Source of the DNA: a candidate division FCPU426 bacterium
GTDB lineage: Bacteria > Oederibacteriota > Muellerivitia > Muellerivitales > Muellerivitaceae
Assembly (NCBI GenBank): GCA_963847625.1
Contig: CAWKAR010000027.1
Location: 96,001 to 160,000 of the forward strand
Direction of reading: 5' to 3'
Length of the DNA stretch: 64,000 nucleotides
The notes beneath the pieces were generated by a model. That model ran no database searches and was not told the DNA's origin. It was given only the letters and a program-made list of their open reading frames with translations. Positions 1 to 12,927 of this stretch are shown in pieces. A program made the position numbers and the translations under genes. How positions within the stretch are numbered: the first letter of the stretch is position 1; each line of letters opens with the position of its first letter.

Positions 1-2
1 TG

Positions 3-1802
3 GAACTTCCAACTTCCAAGTCGTTTTCCTTTTTTAAAAATTACAATCCCCTCCATAACATCATTCACTATTACGTGGATTTAAGTTGTTTTTTAGTTTC
101 CAACACTACACCTCTAAATTGGTGGGCCTTGAACCGGCGTAAACGCATGACAAGCTTTTATTCCCTCGAGGTTAAGTATAGAAGCCTCGAGGCGCGAGAT
201 CGTTTTACAGCAAAATGTTTTATGCAGGCCCAATCCCAAAAACGAACGGTATGCGGCGAACGTCTGGGATTCATGGATTTTTTTGTGCCTGTTTTGAACA
301 AAGGAAGTATTCTCGGATTTTTACAAGCCGGTTCTTTTGTTAGAAGTGAAATTACTCCTGAAATTATAGAAAATTGCTGGAAGGAGCTGACCGGAAAGGA
401 AATATCCGTTTCTTTGCCGGAATTTCGTGATTTTGTGAAGGTGCTATTAGAGATTCCGGTTCTGGATGGTACCCTGTTTTTGGCTTTCCAGGAGTCACTT
501 GAAATGTTTGCGCGTCTTTTATCCGATGAGAAGGAAAAAAATTCTATCGGTCAAAGGCTCCAACAACTTCTTTTAACGGTCTTTTCAAAAAAACTTCCAC
601 ATAGTTACTGGATGGATTGGGCTTTAGGGAGGCCTACAGCGGAATCCGTCCCGCCTTGGGACCTCAGGGTGGTGCAATGGGATTGGATACGAAATGAAAT
701 CGGCATTACTAGAATTCCCACGACCGTATTAACCGTCATCCCCCAACGCCTAGGCGGCCAGTCGCTGGGTTGGACTGCAGAGATGCTCCGAATTTACCGA
801 TTTCAACGGCAGTGTTTTTATTTCGCCCAAACCTTACCACAAACTGTCGGTGGAAAATTGGAAGATTACGGTGCGGTTTTTGTAACCTCGGTTGGTCCAC
901 AACGTTCTCGACTTGCCCAGCGCCAACAGGTGAGAAATATCGCAATGAAAATCAGGGATTTTGCCGTAAGGGAATTAGGCGGGCCGGTCCTGATGGGAAT
1001 TGGTGAAACTGTTTCTCCGGGAGAGCACTTGGACCTATCTTATCGTCAGGCGGTTTTGGCCCTTCACCTGGCAAGACGATCGGACAAGACGATTATATTT
1101 TTTGAAGGCGAAAAAAAAGATACTTCAACCGGGGATTTTTCCGAGTTGCGGCGCATATTGGCGGAACTAAATGAGGCATTTGCCTCGGGACCTTTTCCGG
1201 ACCTAGAAGTTATAAAGGACCGTTTTTTGAAACAAGTAATCAATATTTCATTTCAGAACCCCCAAGAAATACGATGGCATTTCCAGTATGCCTTAGATCG
1301 TTTGGCAGAAACGTTGCAACGCCGTATGGAATACGGTAAAAAAGAAGCGGAATTACTTTGGGAAAACCTGAATAAAATGTTGGAAGATTCCGCGACCATC
1401 CAGGAGATGATCCTGGCTTTTCAAGAGATTCTTTCCAAGTTGGAACGGCAAATCGACAAGACCTCATCCATCCAAACAGAATTTTCCATCGAGAAAGTCC
1501 GGGATTTCCTGACACACCATCTTAAAGAATCTTTGAGGATCTCCCGTTTGGCGGAAATGGCAGGGGTTTCCCCTTCCACTTTTAGCCGCCGATTTAAAAA
1601 GTTAACCGGTTTGGGTTTGGAAGCTTATCTTCAAAATCTGCGCCTTGAAGAAGCAAAACGTCTTCTCAAGGTTACCCGCCTTCCGGTTGTGCGCATCGGA
1701 AAGGATTGCGGATTTAAGTCCAATCCCTATTTCTTCCAGTTGTTTCGAAGGAAAAATGGGTGTCCACCTCAGGCTTATCGAAGGAAAATGCAGAATTATT
1801 GA
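3..1802 (+). CDS. AraC-family transcriptional regulator with large N-terminal (PocR-like) sensory region; 5'-truncated by window edge
   Basis: C-terminal double HTH (LAEMAGVSPSTFSRRFKKLTG...RLEEAKRLL...CGFKSNPYFFQLFRR); the frame is open from position 3. Confidence 0.85.
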   Translation, partial: ELPTSKSFSFFKNYNPLHNIIHYYVDLSCFLVSNTTPLNWWALNRRKRMTSFYSLEVKYRSLEARDRFTAKCFMQAQSQKRTVCGERLGFMDFFVPVLNKGSILGFLQAGSFVRSEITPEIIENCWKELTGKEISVSLPEFRDFVKVLLEIPVLDGTLFLAFQESLEMFARLLSDEKEKNSIGQRLQQLLLTVFSKKLPHSYWMDWALGRPTAESVPPWDLRVVQWDWIRNEIGITRIPTTVLTVIPQRLGGQSLGWTAEMLRIYRFQRQCFYFAQTLPQTVGGKLEDYGAVFVTSVGPQRSRLAQRQQVRNIAMKIRDFAVRELGGPVLMGIGETVSPGEHLDLSYRQAVLALHLARRSDKTIIFFEGEKKDTSTGDFSELRRILAELNEAFASGPFPDLEVIKDRFLKQVINISFQNPQEIRWHFQYALDRLAETLQRRMEYGKKEAELLWENLNKMLEDSATIQEMILAFQEILSKLERQIDKTSSIQTEFSIEKVRDFLTHHLKESLRISRLAEMAGVSPSTFSRRFKKLTGLGLEAYLQNLRLEEAKRLLKVTRLPVVRIGKDCGFKSNPYFFQLFRRKNGCPPQAYRRKMQNY

Positions 1803-1983
1803 GGGAAAAGAGCCATTTATAGCGATTATTAGACTGAAATAAAAAATAATGCTATTGATGTTAAAACAATATAACGTTGTTTACGGGAAAGCCAAGAGTT
1901 GCTTTAATCGAGGTAAAATTTACTAAGGTTTTGAAGAACCTTCGAAAAAAACGAATGTTTGAACTTGATGAGAGGAAATTCCG

Positions 1984-4900
1984 GTGACTCGGAAATCGAT
2001 ATTTTTTTTAGCGGTTAGTTTATTTGGAAGCGCTTCCAGTATTTTAGCTGGAACCGCCACTATTGATTCAACAACGACCAACCAATTTATCCGCGGATTT
2101 GGCGCTTCCAGCGCTTGGCATACCAGCGCCTATACCACGGCTCAGGCGACCATATTTTGGGATGACACCACCATGAACGGAAGCAGCCCGGCGGGTATCG
2201 GGCTTTCCATGCTCCGCTGCCGCATCCCACCGGACGGATCAACCGGTGAAATAGCTGTGATGACGCAGGCCAAGGGCTTGGGTTGCACCCAAATATGGGC
2301 CACCGAGTGGTCCGCTCCCGCCTCCATGAAAGACAATGACAACTTGGACAACGGCGGGGCCCTTCTTACCGGCAGTTACGCCGCTTACGCTCAATACCTG
2401 CTCAATTACGCCAAGACGTGCGAAAGCAACGGCATTACCCTGATGTGCATTTCCCCCCAAAACGAACCGGATATGGATGTGAGTTATGAATCCGGCACTT
2501 GGACAGGCCAGCAATTCCACGATTTCGTCGCGCAGAGCATGGGGCCGACTTTTGTTGGCAACGCAACAAAAATTATGATTACCGAGACTTCCAAGAATGC
2601 CCTTTTGACTGCGGGTTGTGGCGTGACGGGGGATGCCACTTGCTCCCTGAGCGACGCCGCCGCGGCCACCTATATTTCCTACATCGGCACCCATCTTTAT
2701 GGTTCCGGGCCCATGTCTTTTACCCAACTCCAACAAAATCCCCCCTCGGGATGGACGCGGGAATATTGGGAAACCGAAATGATGGAATACAACAGCGGCG
2801 CAGCCTCCGACGATACGATGACGGACGGTTTGATACAAGCAGGATTGATCCACAAATCCTTGGCGGATTCCGGCATGAACGCCTATCATTTTTGGTGGTT
2901 AGTTTGTGAAAACAGCAATACCAACCAGGGCCTCATCGACTACGATGGCACGACCGTGCCCAAGAGGACTTGGTGCATGGGCAATTGGAGCAGATTTGTC
3001 CGCCCTGGGTACTATCGGATGGGTGCCACCGAGGTGCCCACTTCTGGTGTCACAGTATCCGCCTATAAAAACAATTCCAGTACCTCACCGGCCACTGTCG
3101 TCATAGTGGCTATCAATGGAAGTACCGCGGCAGTGCCACAAACCTTTACCTTTAACGGTGTTACCGTCACTTCCGTCACCCCTTGGTTGACCGATTCCAG
3201 TAACAACCTAACCCAGCAGACAGCGGTGGCAGTATCGGGAAACAGCTTTTCCTACTCCTTGCCGGCATCCAGCGTTTGTTCTTTCGTTGGTGCCACGTCA
3301 TCTGCCGGTTCACCGGTTCCCACGAATACTTTCACTTGGACCCCTACCCGTACCAACACGCCCACTCCTACAGCCACGACAGTACCACCCAAAATCACCT
3401 TAACCAAAACCACGGGTGGACCCACCTCCAATTATTCGGATAATGGGCCCATCACGATGTTCCTGAATGTTTGCAACGGGTCGGGGTCGGTAACGGCCAA
3501 TTCGGTCACGGTTACGGACAGCATTACGAATCCCTTGGGGTGGTCTTTCGAAGGGCCCGGGTATAGTCAATGGACCGTGACGGTGTCGGGGGCGGCGGTG
3601 ACAATCAATCCTACAAGTACAGCCTATCCGAACCTGAGCTGGGTGGTAAGCAACCTGCCAGGGGGCGCCTGCGTGCCAGTCACCTTCATCGTGGGTTCCT
3701 ATAGCGTCAACTCGAGCGATTATTGCAATGTTGTCACCGACGCGGGGATAGCTAATTGGTCAGGCGGGGGCCCGGTGACCAGCAACAGCATTTCCATTTC
3801 GGTCGTATGCACCACCGGGAGCACCGCGACCAACACTCCCACGAGGACCTTAACTCCAACCCCCACTAATACTTCGACGAATACCCGGACAAACACCGTA
3901 ACAGGCACGCCTACCTCCACCCCGACCCGGACGAATTCGCCGACCATTACGTTCACGACTGTACCCACAAATACCCCGACCAACACGGCCACGAATACGG
4001 CGACAGCCACCTCCACTGCGACCCGGACGAACTCTCCGACCAATACATTCACGACTCTTCCCACGAACACTTCAACCAATACTCCCACACTAACCCCAAC
4101 CCGGACGAACACGGCGACCAATACGTTCACGGCTGTACCCACGAATACCCCAACCAACACGGCCACGAGTACGGCGACAGCCACTCCCACCCCAACCCGA
4201 ACGAACTCACCGACCAGCACACTTACAAATACGCCGACGAATACGCCCACGAATACGGCGACCGTCACACCCACCGCAACGAGGACAAATTCGCCTACTA
4301 ATACAGTCACTCCCACGTCGACAAACACATCCGTGAATACGGCCACCTCCACATTCACCCCAACCAGAACGAACACACCCACCAGCACACTTACAAATAC
4401 GCCGACGAATACGCCCACGAATACGGCGACCGTCACACCCATCGCAACGAGGACAAATTCGCCCACTAATACAGTCACTCCTACGTCGACGAACACGTCC
4501 GTGAATACCGCCACGAATACGGCGACCTCCACATCAACCCCGACCAGAACGAACACACCCACCAGCACACTTACAAATACGCCGACGAATACGCCCACGA
4601 ATACGGCGACCGTCACACCCACCGCAACGAGGACAAATTCGCCTACTAATACAGTCACCCCTACGTCGACGAATACGTCCGTGAACACGCCAACGAACAC
4701 CTCTACGGCCACGAATACGGCGACCTCCACGTCAACCCCGACCAGGACGAATTCACCGACTGTTACGATCACTCCTACGTCGACGAACACGTCCATTTAC
4801 ACGTCAACGAACACCAATACGCCCACGAATACCTCTACTTCCACATCAACCCCAACCAGAACGAACACACCCACCAGCACACTTACAAATACGCCGACGA

Positions 4901-7900
4901 ATACGCCCACGAATACGGCGACCTCCTCATCAACCCCGACCAGAACGAATTCGCCGACCGTTACGGTCACGAGTACGTCGACGAATACGTCCATTTACAC
5001 GTCAACGAACACCTCTACGGCCACGAATACGGCGACCTCCACGTCAACCCCGACCAGGACGAACACACCCACCAGCACACTTACAAATACGCCGACGAAT
5101 ACGCCCACGAATACGGCGACCTCCTCATCAACCCCGACCAGAACGAATTCGCCGACCGTTACGATCACAAGTACGCCGACGAATACGTCCATTTACACGT
5201 CAACGAACACCAATACGCCAACGAATACGGCGACCTCCACAGCAACCCCGACCAGGACGAATTCCCCTACTAATACGACCACGCCTACGTCGACAAATAC
5301 GCCCACGAACACGGCGACCCTCACATCCACCCCAACCAGGACGAACACGCCGACCGTTACGATCACAAGCACGTCGACGAATACGTCCATTTACACGTCA
5401 ACGAACACCAATACGCCCACGAATACGGCGACCTCCACATCAACTCCGACCAGAACGAATTCGCCGACCGTTACGGTCACGAGTACGTCGACGAATACGT
5501 CCATTTACACGTCAACGAATACCAATACGCCCACGAATACGGCGACTCTCACACCAACCCCGACCAGAACGAACACGCCGACCGTTACGGTCACGAGTAC
5601 GTCGACGAATACGTCCATTTACACGTCAACGAATACCAATACGCCCACGAACACGGCGACGAGCACTTCCACCAGCACACGGACGAACACGCTCACCAGC
5701 ACGGCCACGAATACGCCGACAAATACACCCACGAATACGACGACCGCGACGAATACCCTAACCCGGACATCCACGCCCACGCTGACGAATACTCCCACGA
5801 ACACACCGACGAATACGCCCACAAATACGCCGACGAATACTTTAACCAGCACCCGGACGCCCACGCCGACGAATACACCTACGCCGACGATAACGTTCAC
5901 GGCGACCGATACCAGCACAGGGACTCAGTCGCCCACGCCCACTGCGACTAATACGCCCACGGTCACCCATACGCCTACAAACACTAATACTCTAACCCAG
6001 ACGAACACACCGACGCGGACCTCTACATCCACAGCCACACCCACGCCAACGAGTACATCCACGAATACTCCTACGAACACCCCGACGCGGACATTCACGT
6101 CCACAGCCACAAATACGCCGACGAATACGTCTGTTAACACGGCCACGGCCACACCCACGCCAACGAATACGTCCGTTAACACATCCACAAACACACCGAC
6201 GAGCACGTTGACGCGGACCTCCACGCCCACAGCCACACCCACGCTGACGAATACGCCCGTTAACACGCTTACTAACACCTCTACACCCACGCTGACGTAC
6301 ACGCCCACGAACACGCCGACGAATACGTCCACGAACACACCCACGAACACTCCGACACGGACCTCCACAGCCACAAACACGCCGACGAATACGCCCACGA
6401 ACACGCCGACGAATACTTTAACCAGCACCAGGACGAATACGCCGACGAATACACCTACGCCGACGATAACGTCCACGGCGACCGATACCAGCACAGGGAC
6501 TCAGTCGCCCACGCCCACGGTGACCAATACGCCCACGGTCACTAATACGCCGACCCATACCGCGACACCCACACTGACGAGTACGGCTACCTCTACGCCG
6601 ACACTGACGGTGACGCTCACATCGACACGGACGCCGACATCCACGTCTACAAACACACCGACCAACACGGCAACGAATACGCCAACGTCGACCGGAACAA
6701 GCACAGCAACGAGGACGCCGACTTCCACATCCACATCGACTCCGACGATAACGCTGACGTCGACCCCGACAGTGACAATTACGCCGACGAACACGCCGAC
6801 GCGGACCTCCACGTCCACAGCCACAAACATGCCGACGAATACACCCACCAATACGCCGACGAATACTTTAACCAGCACCAGGACTCCCACGCCGACGAAT
6901 ACACCTACGCCGACGGTAACGTCCACGGCGACCGATACCAGCACAGGGACTCAGTCGCCCACGCCCACGGCGACTAATACGCCCACGGTCACCAATACAC
7001 CGACCTATACAGCGACATCCACGGCGACGAGTACGCCCACGGTCACCAATACGCCGACCCGCACACCTACCAACACGCCCACGCCCACAAACACCAATAC
7101 CCCGACCCCGACTTACACCTCCACGCCGACGCCCACCCCAACGCCGACTAACACAGCTACTTCCACCCCGACGCCCACGAGCACGTCCACGAATGTTCCC
7201 ACGAATACGTTTACTCCGACATCCACCCCCACTCCGACTGTCACGTCAACCCCGACTCCAACACCTGTGACCTTGCAAGTTTCGCAGGGTACTTCACCCC
7301 CTCCAAATACGAGCCAGGTACCCGGGGCATCGGCTGTGACGGTGCAACAGGTTCTAGTGTCAAATCCAAGCAACAACCCGGTGACACTCACCAGCCTCGT
7401 TTTGACGGATACGAGTACGTCGGGGAATCCTTCCACGGACATCACATCGGTGACGGTGTATGAGAATGGGGTGTCGGTTACCAGCGCGACGTTTAGCGGG
7501 CCATCGGTGACGCTCAATTTGAACAATACTGTTGTGCCGGGGAATGGGAGTGTAACATTCGAGATTGCGGCCGCGATTTCAACCACGGCCATTGGGACAG
7601 ACACGGACTCATTCAGCGTAACGGGTATAACCGGGACCAACGGGCAGTCCACCCATTCCAACGGGTTACCAGTCCAAGGGGCGGTGGTTACGATCGAGGC
7701 TCCAACCGCGACGGCGACGTCCACATATACGAGGACATCCTCCCCCACGGCGACTCCGGTTGGGAAAAATGGAGTGGTTGTATATCCAAATCCGGTGAGC
7801 GGCCCGGGTCCGGTGACGATCCAGGTTAATTTGACCCAAAAGGAATCGCTTGTTCGGGTGGAGATCTTCACGCTGGCTTTCCGGAAGGTAAATGAGATTG

Positions 7901-8046
7901 ATCTGACCCAAGTGCCGGCGGGGATTACCAGTGTGACCATCCCCCTGAAGGACAAGGAAGGAATCCCCCTGGCCAACGGCCTCTACTACATAATTGTCCA
8001 AACGCCCCAGGGCCGCCTCGTTGCGAAACTCCTCGTTTTGCGTTGA
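1984..8046 (+). CDS. Secreted GH30-family glycoside hydrolase (xylanase-like) with Ig-like domains, giant Thr/Pro linker and C-terminal sorting-like domain
   Basis: Signal peptide; [29 protein letters not shown] (acid/base), WETE (nucleophile), [13 protein letters not shown]-terminal YPNP...LANGLYY...KLLVLR. Confidence 0.85.
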   Translation: MTRKSIFFLAVSLFGSASSILAGTATIDSTTTNQFIRGFGASSAWHTSAYTTAQATIFWDDTTMNGSSPAGIGLSMLRCRIPPDGSTGEIAVMTQAKGLGCTQIWATEWSAPASMKDNDNLDNGGALLTGSYAAYAQYLLNYAKTCESNGITLMCISPQNEPDMDVSYESGTWTGQQFHDFVAQSMGPTFVGNATKIMITETSKNALLTAGCGVTGDATCSLSDAAAATYISYIGTHLYGSGPMSFTQLQQNPPSGWTREYWETEMMEYNSGAASDDTMTDGLIQAGLIHKSLADSGMNAYHFWWLVCENSNTNQGLIDYDGTTVPKRTWCMGNWSRFVRPGYYRMGATEVPTSGVTVSAYKNNSSTSPATVVIVAINGSTAAVPQTFTFNGVTVTSVTPWLTDSSNNLTQQTAVAVSGNSFSYSLPASSVCSFVGATSSAGSPVPTNTFTWTPTRTNTPTPTATTVPPKITLTKTTGGPTSNYSDNGPITMFLNVCNGSGSVTANSVTVTDSITNPLGWSFEGPGYSQWTVTVSGAAVTINPTSTAYPNLSWVVSNLPGGACVPVTFIVGSYSVNSSDYCNVVTDAGIANWSGGGPVTSNSISISVVCTTGSTATNTPTRTLTPTPTNTSTNTRTNTVTGTPTSTPTRTNSPTITFTTVPTNTPTNTATNTATATSTATRTNSPTNTFTTLPTNTSTNTPTLTPTRTNTATNTFTAVPTNTPTNTATSTATATPTPTRTNSPTSTLTNTPTNTPTNTATVTPTATRTNSPTNTVTPTSTNTSVNTATSTFTPTRTNTPTSTLTNTPTNTPTNTATVTPIATRTNSPTNTVTPTSTNTSVNTATNTATSTSTPTRTNTPTSTLTNTPTNTPTNTATVTPTATRTNSPTNTVTPTSTNTSVNTPTNTSTATNTATSTSTPTRTNSPTVTITPTSTNTSIYTSTNTNTPTNTSTSTSTPTRTNTPTSTLTNTPTNTPTNTATSSSTPTRTNSPTVTVTSTSTNTSIYTSTNTSTATNTATSTSTPTRTNTPTSTLTNTPTNTPTNTATSSSTPTRTNSPTVTITSTPTNTSIYTSTNTNTPTNTATSTATPTRTNSPTNTTTPTSTNTPTNTATLTSTPTRTNTPTVTITSTSTNTSIYTSTNTNTPTNTATSTSTPTRTNSPTVTVTSTSTNTSIYTSTNTNTPTNTATLTPTPTRTNTPTVTVTSTSTNTSIYTSTNTNTPTNTATSTSTSTRTNTLTSTATNTPTNTPTNTTTATNTLTRTSTPTLTNTPTNTPTNTPTNTPTNTLTSTRTPTPTNTPTPTITFTATDTSTGTQSPTPTATNTPTVTHTPTNTNTLTQTNTPTRTSTSTATPTPTSTSTNTPTNTPTRTFTSTATNTPTNTSVNTATATPTPTNTSVNTSTNTPTSTLTRTSTPTATPTLTNTPVNTLTNTSTPTLTYTPTNTPTNTSTNTPTNTPTRTSTATNTPTNTPTNTPTNTLTSTRTNTPTNTPTPTITSTATDTSTGTQSPTPTVTNTPTVTNTPTHTATPTLTSTATSTPTLTVTLTSTRTPTSTSTNTPTNTATNTPTSTGTSTATRTPTSTSTSTPTITLTSTPTVTITPTNTPTRTSTSTATNMPTNTPTNTPTNTLTSTRTPTPTNTPTPTVTSTATDTSTGTQSPTPTATNTPTVTNTPTYTATSTATSTPTVTNTPTRTPTNTPTPTNTNTPTPTYTSTPTPTPTPTNTATSTPTPTSTSTNVPTNTFTPTSTPTPTVTSTPTPTPVTLQVSQGTSPPPNTSQVPGASAVTVQQVLVSNPSNNPVTLTSLVLTDTSTSGNPSTDITSVTVYENGVSVTSATFSGPSVTLNLNNTVVPGNGSVTFEIAAAISTTAIGTDTDSFSVTGITGTNGQSTHSNGLPVQGAVVTIEAPTATATSTYTRTSSPTATPVGKNGVVVYPNPVSGPGPVTIQVNLTQKESLVRVEIFTLAFRKVNEIDLTQVPAGITSVTIPLKDKEGIPLANGLYYIIVQTPQGRLVAKLLVLR
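3810..7270 (+). repeat. Coding Thr/Pro/Asn/Ser-rich hierarchical tandem repeat (TNTPT)
   Basis: CCATTTACACGTCAACGAA recurs at spacings of 198,198,198,114,114 nt; the [13 protein letters not shown] block occurs three times. Confidence 0.9.
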
Positions 8047-8316
8047 GATATTTCTACTGCTTTCGGTTTGTTGCCGGGATCCCTCCTGAAAATCAAAAAT
8101 TCACTGGTATAATTCATCCTAAATTTCGGATGAGTATTTGGTTTCAACGAATAGGGCAAAGAAATTCAAAATAAGGGTGAAATGTCTTTTAATTCCTTTC
8201 TTAAACTGGTTTTTTATTGTTTTGTTTGAAAAGCCGAAGGACATCCGTTGTGGTAAGCTATTGCCTTCAAATAGCATATTAATTTGATATATCTTTTTTA
8301 AGAGGGAGTACCAATC

Positions 8317-9177
8317 ATGAAAAAAGCACTCATGCTTTCGCCCTTATGGTTTGTGGCCGCACTCGCTTGGGGCGCCCTGACACCCGTGCAAATCCAGGAG
8401 GTTACACAGGAATGGGTCAACCAGCACAACTCAAAACTTACTTTAAAAATCGATAACTTTACTCAGGGCACCAAGGCGCACCGTCATGCCTTGTCCCTCA
8501 TTTCTCTCCGAAGGCCGTCCTGTCCGATGAAACAAATTTCAATAAAGCGGGCGGAAGGTCTCGCTATTCCATCTGAAAAAGATTTCTCAAACGGGCTTTC
8601 AGTGGGTTTGTCAGCCCTTTACAGTGTTCAAGGCGGCGGGGCTTCCTTTCTCATCGCCGATTACACGGACGAATACGACGATGTACTATCCTCCTCGGAT
8701 ATCTATTTAAAGATCGGTCTCCAGTATCATCTACTTTTCCAGGGGAAGGGATACCGGGCCAGCGCCAGGATCATCGGTCTAGGAAAAGATTCCCCGGTTT
8801 TCATGGAAGTCGACGAATACGGCGGAGGCAGCCAATGTATGAAGACCCTTTACCGGTTGAAACCCGACTCGATCAAGGCAATGCCCCAAGACATTTACGA
8901 CCACGTGTTGAATCTGGATCCGAATGATTATGTCGAAAAGGTTCTGCAGCTCAATGTCTTGCTGGAGGGTTTCACGCTTTATCAGGATGTGGACCATGAC
9001 GGCTCATTGGAAATTCTCAATGGCACCCGGGTTGATTATCCGGGAGATTTGAAAACCAAGCTTAAAACCACTTACGGCCTGACCGATAACGACCTGGGAT
9101 GCCTTTCCCTGAAGACCATTTCGGTATACAAGTGGGATGGTTCCAAATTCACGGACCTCGGGGATTATTATTTTTGA
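8317..9177 (+). CDS. Secreted hypothetical protein
   Basis: GGGAG RBS, signal peptide, one DxDxDG motif. Confidence 0.6.
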   Translation: MKKALMLSPLWFVAALAWGALTPVQIQEVTQEWVNQHNSKLTLKIDNFTQGTKAHRHALSLISLRRPSCPMKQISIKRAEGLAIPSEKDFSNGLSVGLSALYSVQGGGASFLIADYTDEYDDVLSSSDIYLKIGLQYHLLFQGKGYRASARIIGLGKDSPVFMEVDEYGGGSQCMKTLYRLKPDSIKAMPQDIYDHVLNLDPNDYVEKVLQLNVLLEGFTLYQDVDHDGSLEILNGTRVDYPGDLKTKLKTTYGLTDNDLGCLSLKTISVYKWDGSKFTDLGDYYF

Positions 9178-9198
9178 GGAGCAGGTTGACGCCCTGTT

Positions 9199-10683
9199 TT
9201 GTTTTTTTCTCTCAATCGCATGATAAAAACTGTTGAAATGAGTTTTTCCACGGAAGCAAGCGGCGCCGTTCCATCCCCCTTCCACCGTATTAAGCGGTGC
9301 GCATTAATCACTTTCATTTTCCTCACCCCCGCCATTCTTCAAGCCTATCAGATTCTTTTTTATTACAACGGGTTGGACAAACCCGGTTCCGCCGTTCTCC
9401 AATGCGCCGATCTACTTCGGAAAGCCGGGAATCAAGTAACAGTAATCGACGTGGGCGGGGTTAACCGAAACCCCAAGATTGATTCTTGGGGCCCCCCTTA
9501 TGACCAGGTTTGGGACATGCGGTTTGTAGAAAGTGACAAAACAACATGCGGCAAGGGATCACCTGTCGAAGCGGATTATTTCGATAAAAGATGGCGCGTC
9601 AAGGCCGAGGATTACCTGAGCCGTTGCGGACGGCTATTTATCGCGGGGGAACATTATCAGTTGGCCGATCGCAATGAGGGCTTATACCGATTTCTCAAGG
9701 AAATTCAGGCGGTCAAGAGGGGTTACGACGATTGCCCTCCCTCGCGCAATGGAAACAGCTCCACGGATTTGGAGGCTTTTTACCCCGTTCGAGGCGATTT
9801 GGGACCTGTTTCCTTTTTTGGCGCCTATGTGGGCGGTATTCCCGTGGCTTTACTGAATGGAACGAGCTTCGTGGACACCCAGGTTGGTTGGCAGGATGAC
9901 GATGGGGTGGAAAGATCGGTTGTATCCGGGTGGGAAGGCGATCAACTGAAAGGAGCGGTCCACTCACCTCCTTGCGCCAGGGGAAAACTATTCATGGTCT
10001 GGGACGCCTCCATGTGGACCCTTGAGGCGTTGCCGGCGGTAGCCGGGAGTGATAAGAGGAACTCGCCGATTTGGAACGAGTCATCCTGGTTTTCCTGGAA
10101 TTCAAAGAAGAATAAAACAACCGTTCGGGATATCAAAAAGGCCAAAGAGGCCACGGAAAAATTCTTTACAGCCGCCGCCCATTGGCTGGGAAGCGGGAAA
10201 TGCCCCTGCGAAGCACCCGCGGAAATGTCTGCTTCCGATGAAACGGCAAGTAAGGAGCGTATGCCTTTGGCCTTGAAGCAGGGGATCACACGCAATCAGG
10301 GGCCTAATACAATAGTTGGGAATATACTCCAACCGTTAAGACATAATTCAACCCCCCCGGGGATACAGACCACTTTTCAAAAGCCAACCGCTTCCCCTGC
10401 TGCGCCTCAAACCATTGTCTTCAACACACCACCCGTTTACATTTATATGAGATTCAAAGACGGGCCCGGCGAATACAAATTGGATATTTTCGATTCCCGG
10501 GGAAATCACGTACGGGTTTTGTTCGACCAAACCATTAATCAACAAACGGAGGAATGGGCCAGTTGGAATGGCGTAAATGAAACGGGTCAACTCATGCCGC
10601 AAGGGAATTACACCGCCGTTTTCACAAAGGATGGGCGTGCCTTAAGGAAAATCACCCTTATTTGGGTGTTGCCAGGCCGGTAA
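9199..10683 (+). CDS. Secreted hypothetical protein with C-terminal FlgD/Ig-like domain (start uncertain)
   Basis: C-terminal LDIFDSRGNHVRVL...WNGVNETGQLMPQGNY motif. Confidence 0.6.
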   Translation: MFFSLNRMIKTVEMSFSTEASGAVPSPFHRIKRCALITFIFLTPAILQAYQILFYYNGLDKPGSAVLQCADLLRKAGNQVTVIDVGGVNRNPKIDSWGPPYDQVWDMRFVESDKTTCGKGSPVEADYFDKRWRVKAEDYLSRCGRLFIAGEHYQLADRNEGLYRFLKEIQAVKRGYDDCPPSRNGNSSTDLEAFYPVRGDLGPVSFFGAYVGGIPVALLNGTSFVDTQVGWQDDDGVERSVVSGWEGDQLKGAVHSPPCARGKLFMVWDASMWTLEALPAVAGSDKRNSPIWNESSWFSWNSKKNKTTVRDIKKAKEATEKFFTAAAHWLGSGKCPCEAPAEMSASDETASKERMPLALKQGITRNQGPNTIVGNILQPLRHNSTPPGIQTTFQKPTASPAAPQTIVFNTPPVYIYMRFKDGPGEYKLDIFDSRGNHVRVLFDQTINQQTEEWASWNGVNETGQLMPQGNYTAVFTKDGRALRKITLIWVLPGR

Positions 10684-10894
10684 GCTGTTGAATCAAAAAG
10701 GTGAATTTAGGGGAAGAATTTTAAAATGATTGATGTTATGAAATTCCTCCTTTTTATCGTTTCCAATCGTTTAACCCAATAAAACAATTACCCACTAGCC
10801 TCGTTTTTAAGAAACTTTCAACCTATAATAAACTTCGTTTCTTAGGGTTGATGAGATCCGGCTGAAATCGGATGGCTTCATTAAAGGCAGAATC

Positions 10895-11959
10895 ATGGCA
10901 ACCTTTTCTTCTGTAAAAAGACGCGCTTCCTCCCTCAAGGTCACCCTCTTTTTTTCCCTATTCCTCATCATGTGGTCAGTGCTCGCGGGACGGTTGGTTT
11001 GGTTTCGAACCCGTGATTTCAAGATTTCGCTGATCGTTTTCGGAGTTTCCGCGGCGGTTTTGGGTACCGGGTGGTTTTTACTGCAATGGCAATCCAGGGT
11101 GACCTGGTTATGCCGCCTGCAGATGATTTTACACAAGGCAGGGGCCCTTCCCAGCGACTATCGTTTCATCGACGACGCCATGCCTTGGAATGTCAATAAA
11201 AAAACGCAGGATGTGGTCAATATCGCCGAGCAGGTAGTGCAGGAAAACATCAAAAGCCTTGCCGCCAACCGGCACGCCTTGGACAAGTACCTGGGGTCCC
11301 AGGCTTCCCGCCACGCCATCCAAGGAGCAGGTACCGGCTTCGGCGGGCAGATGCAGTCGGTTTTCATCCTTTTCTCGGATATCCGCGGCTTCACCCAAAT
11401 GACCGAGCTTTTGACATCGCAGGAAACCATGCGGGTGTTGAACCAGATTTTTTCAGCCCTGGCGATGGCGGTCGAGCACCAGGGCGGGGAAATCAATAAA
11501 TTCATCGGGGACGCCATCCTGGTTTATTTCCACAGATCCCCGGAAAACGAGCGGAAGGAAGCCGAAAAAGTCGTCCGGGCCGCCCTGGAAATGCAGGAAA
11601 AATTTAGGGTGGTCACCACCAACAACAACGATTTGAAAGCCAGAAACGTGAGTATCGGGCTTGGAATCGGCATTGTGGCCGGGCAGGCCATCATGGGCAA
11701 CCTCGGCTCGCGCAACCGCATGGAATTCACCTTGATCGGGAACTCGGTCAACCTGGCTTCCCGCCTTTGCAGCATCGCGCCCCAGGATGAAATCCTCGTG
11801 GACGAGGAACTGGCCATGCTGGTCAACGACAAGTTCCATATCGAGTCAAGGCTTCCGGTGCAATTGAAGGGCAAGAAGGAAAAGACCACTCCCTATTGCA
11901 TCTTGGGCGATTTGACCAATAGGGATGACATCCGGATGGCCTCTGAATATCAGATCTAA
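10895..11959 (+). CDS. Membrane-anchored class III adenylate/guanylate cyclase
   Basis: Two TM segments; FSDIRGFT, KFIGDAIL, IGNSVNLASRL motifs. Confidence 0.9.
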   Translation: MATFSSVKRRASSLKVTLFFSLFLIMWSVLAGRLVWFRTRDFKISLIVFGVSAAVLGTGWFLLQWQSRVTWLCRLQMILHKAGALPSDYRFIDDAMPWNVNKKTQDVVNIAEQVVQENIKSLAANRHALDKYLGSQASRHAIQGAGTGFGGQMQSVFILFSDIRGFTQMTELLTSQETMRVLNQIFSALAMAVEHQGGEINKFIGDAILVYFHRSPENERKEAEKVVRAALEMQEKFRVVTTNNNDLKARNVSIGLGIGIVAGQAIMGNLGSRNRMEFTLIGNSVNLASRLCSIAPQDEILVDEELAMLVNDKFHIESRLPVQLKGKKEKTTPYCILGDLTNRDDIRMASEYQI

Positions 11960-12107
11960 CCCGGTTTTTCAGAAGTGTATTGCGCGGTTCCAGGAATAAT
12001 CATACCCCCTTGATTTCCAAGTCCATCCGTTACTACCATTCCTTTCAGGTAATCATTCCTAACACCTATTGCCGAGATAGGGTTCCGGCATATCAAAAAG
12101 GGGAGCC

Positions 12108-12599
12108 ATGACAGTTTATGATTACAAGGCCAAGGCCATCGATGGAAGGGAACAATCCCTGGAAGAGTATAAGGGAAAAGTGCTTCTGGTCGTAAATGTG
12201 GCCAGCCGTTGCGGATTTACCCCCCAATATAAGGGCCTGGAGAATCTTTACAGGAAATTCAAGGACCGGGGTTTCGAGGTTCTGGGCTTCCCCTGCAACC
12301 AGTTCGGCGCCCAGGAGCCGGGCAACGAGGAGGAGATCAAGAGTTTTTGCGACCTCAACTTCGGGGTCACTTTTCTCCTCTTTTCCAAGATCGACGTGAA
12401 CGGCGATAACGCCCATCCCCTATATAAATTCCTCGCGGACTCCCAACCGGGCATCCTGGGCACCAAGGCCATCAAATGGAACTTCACGAAATTCCTCATC
12501 GACCGCGATGGAAACCCGGTGAAACGGTTCGCCCCCGCGGACAAACCCGAGTCCCTCGAAAAAGACATCGAGGGTTTATTGATCCGGGACGGCCTGTGA
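12108..12599 (+). CDS. Glutathione peroxidase family protein (Cys type)
   Basis: NVASRCGFT, FPCNQF, WNFTKFL motifs. Confidence 0.95.
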   Translation: MTVYDYKAKAIDGREQSLEEYKGKVLLVVNVASRCGFTPQYKGLENLYRKFKDRGFEVLGFPCNQFGAQEPGNEEEIKSFCDLNFGVTFLLFSKIDVNGDNAHPLYKFLADSQPGILGTKAIKWNFTKFLIDRDGNPVKRFAPADKPESLEKDIEGLLIRDGL

Positions 12600-12823
12600 A
12601 AGTGGAAGCCATCCGGCGTGTTTTTCGTTACCGCCCCGCATAAAATTCCCGTTCGCTTTAAAACCCAAAACCACATACGGCTGTGATAGCGCTGAAATTT
12701 TGTGAGAAGTTCTAAATCGCAAAATTCGATCAATAACGTATTAATCTACAAAATTGTCCAAAAAATTTTTTGATTTTAAGATTCTCCGAATACTTTTCCC
12801 GTTTTTCCCGACACTTTCAAAAC

Positions 12824-12839
12824 TGGCATAAGCCTTGCT
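12824..12839 (+). promoter_or_regulatory. Sigma54 (-24/-12) promoter
   Basis: TGGCATAAGCCTTGCT with exact GG-N10-GC spacing, upstream of porin-PII. Confidence 0.75.
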
Positions 12840-12927
12840 TTATTTTTTGGAAAATTCATGGATAGTCCCGGATTTCCGAGGAAAGAGGGAATTGGTTGAG
12901 GAGGTTTTTATTTTTAAGGAGGACGAA

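Noticed and set aside
3720..7976. Val/Gly-rich minus-strand ORFs
   Set aside because: They are antisense shadows of the Thr/Pro repeat
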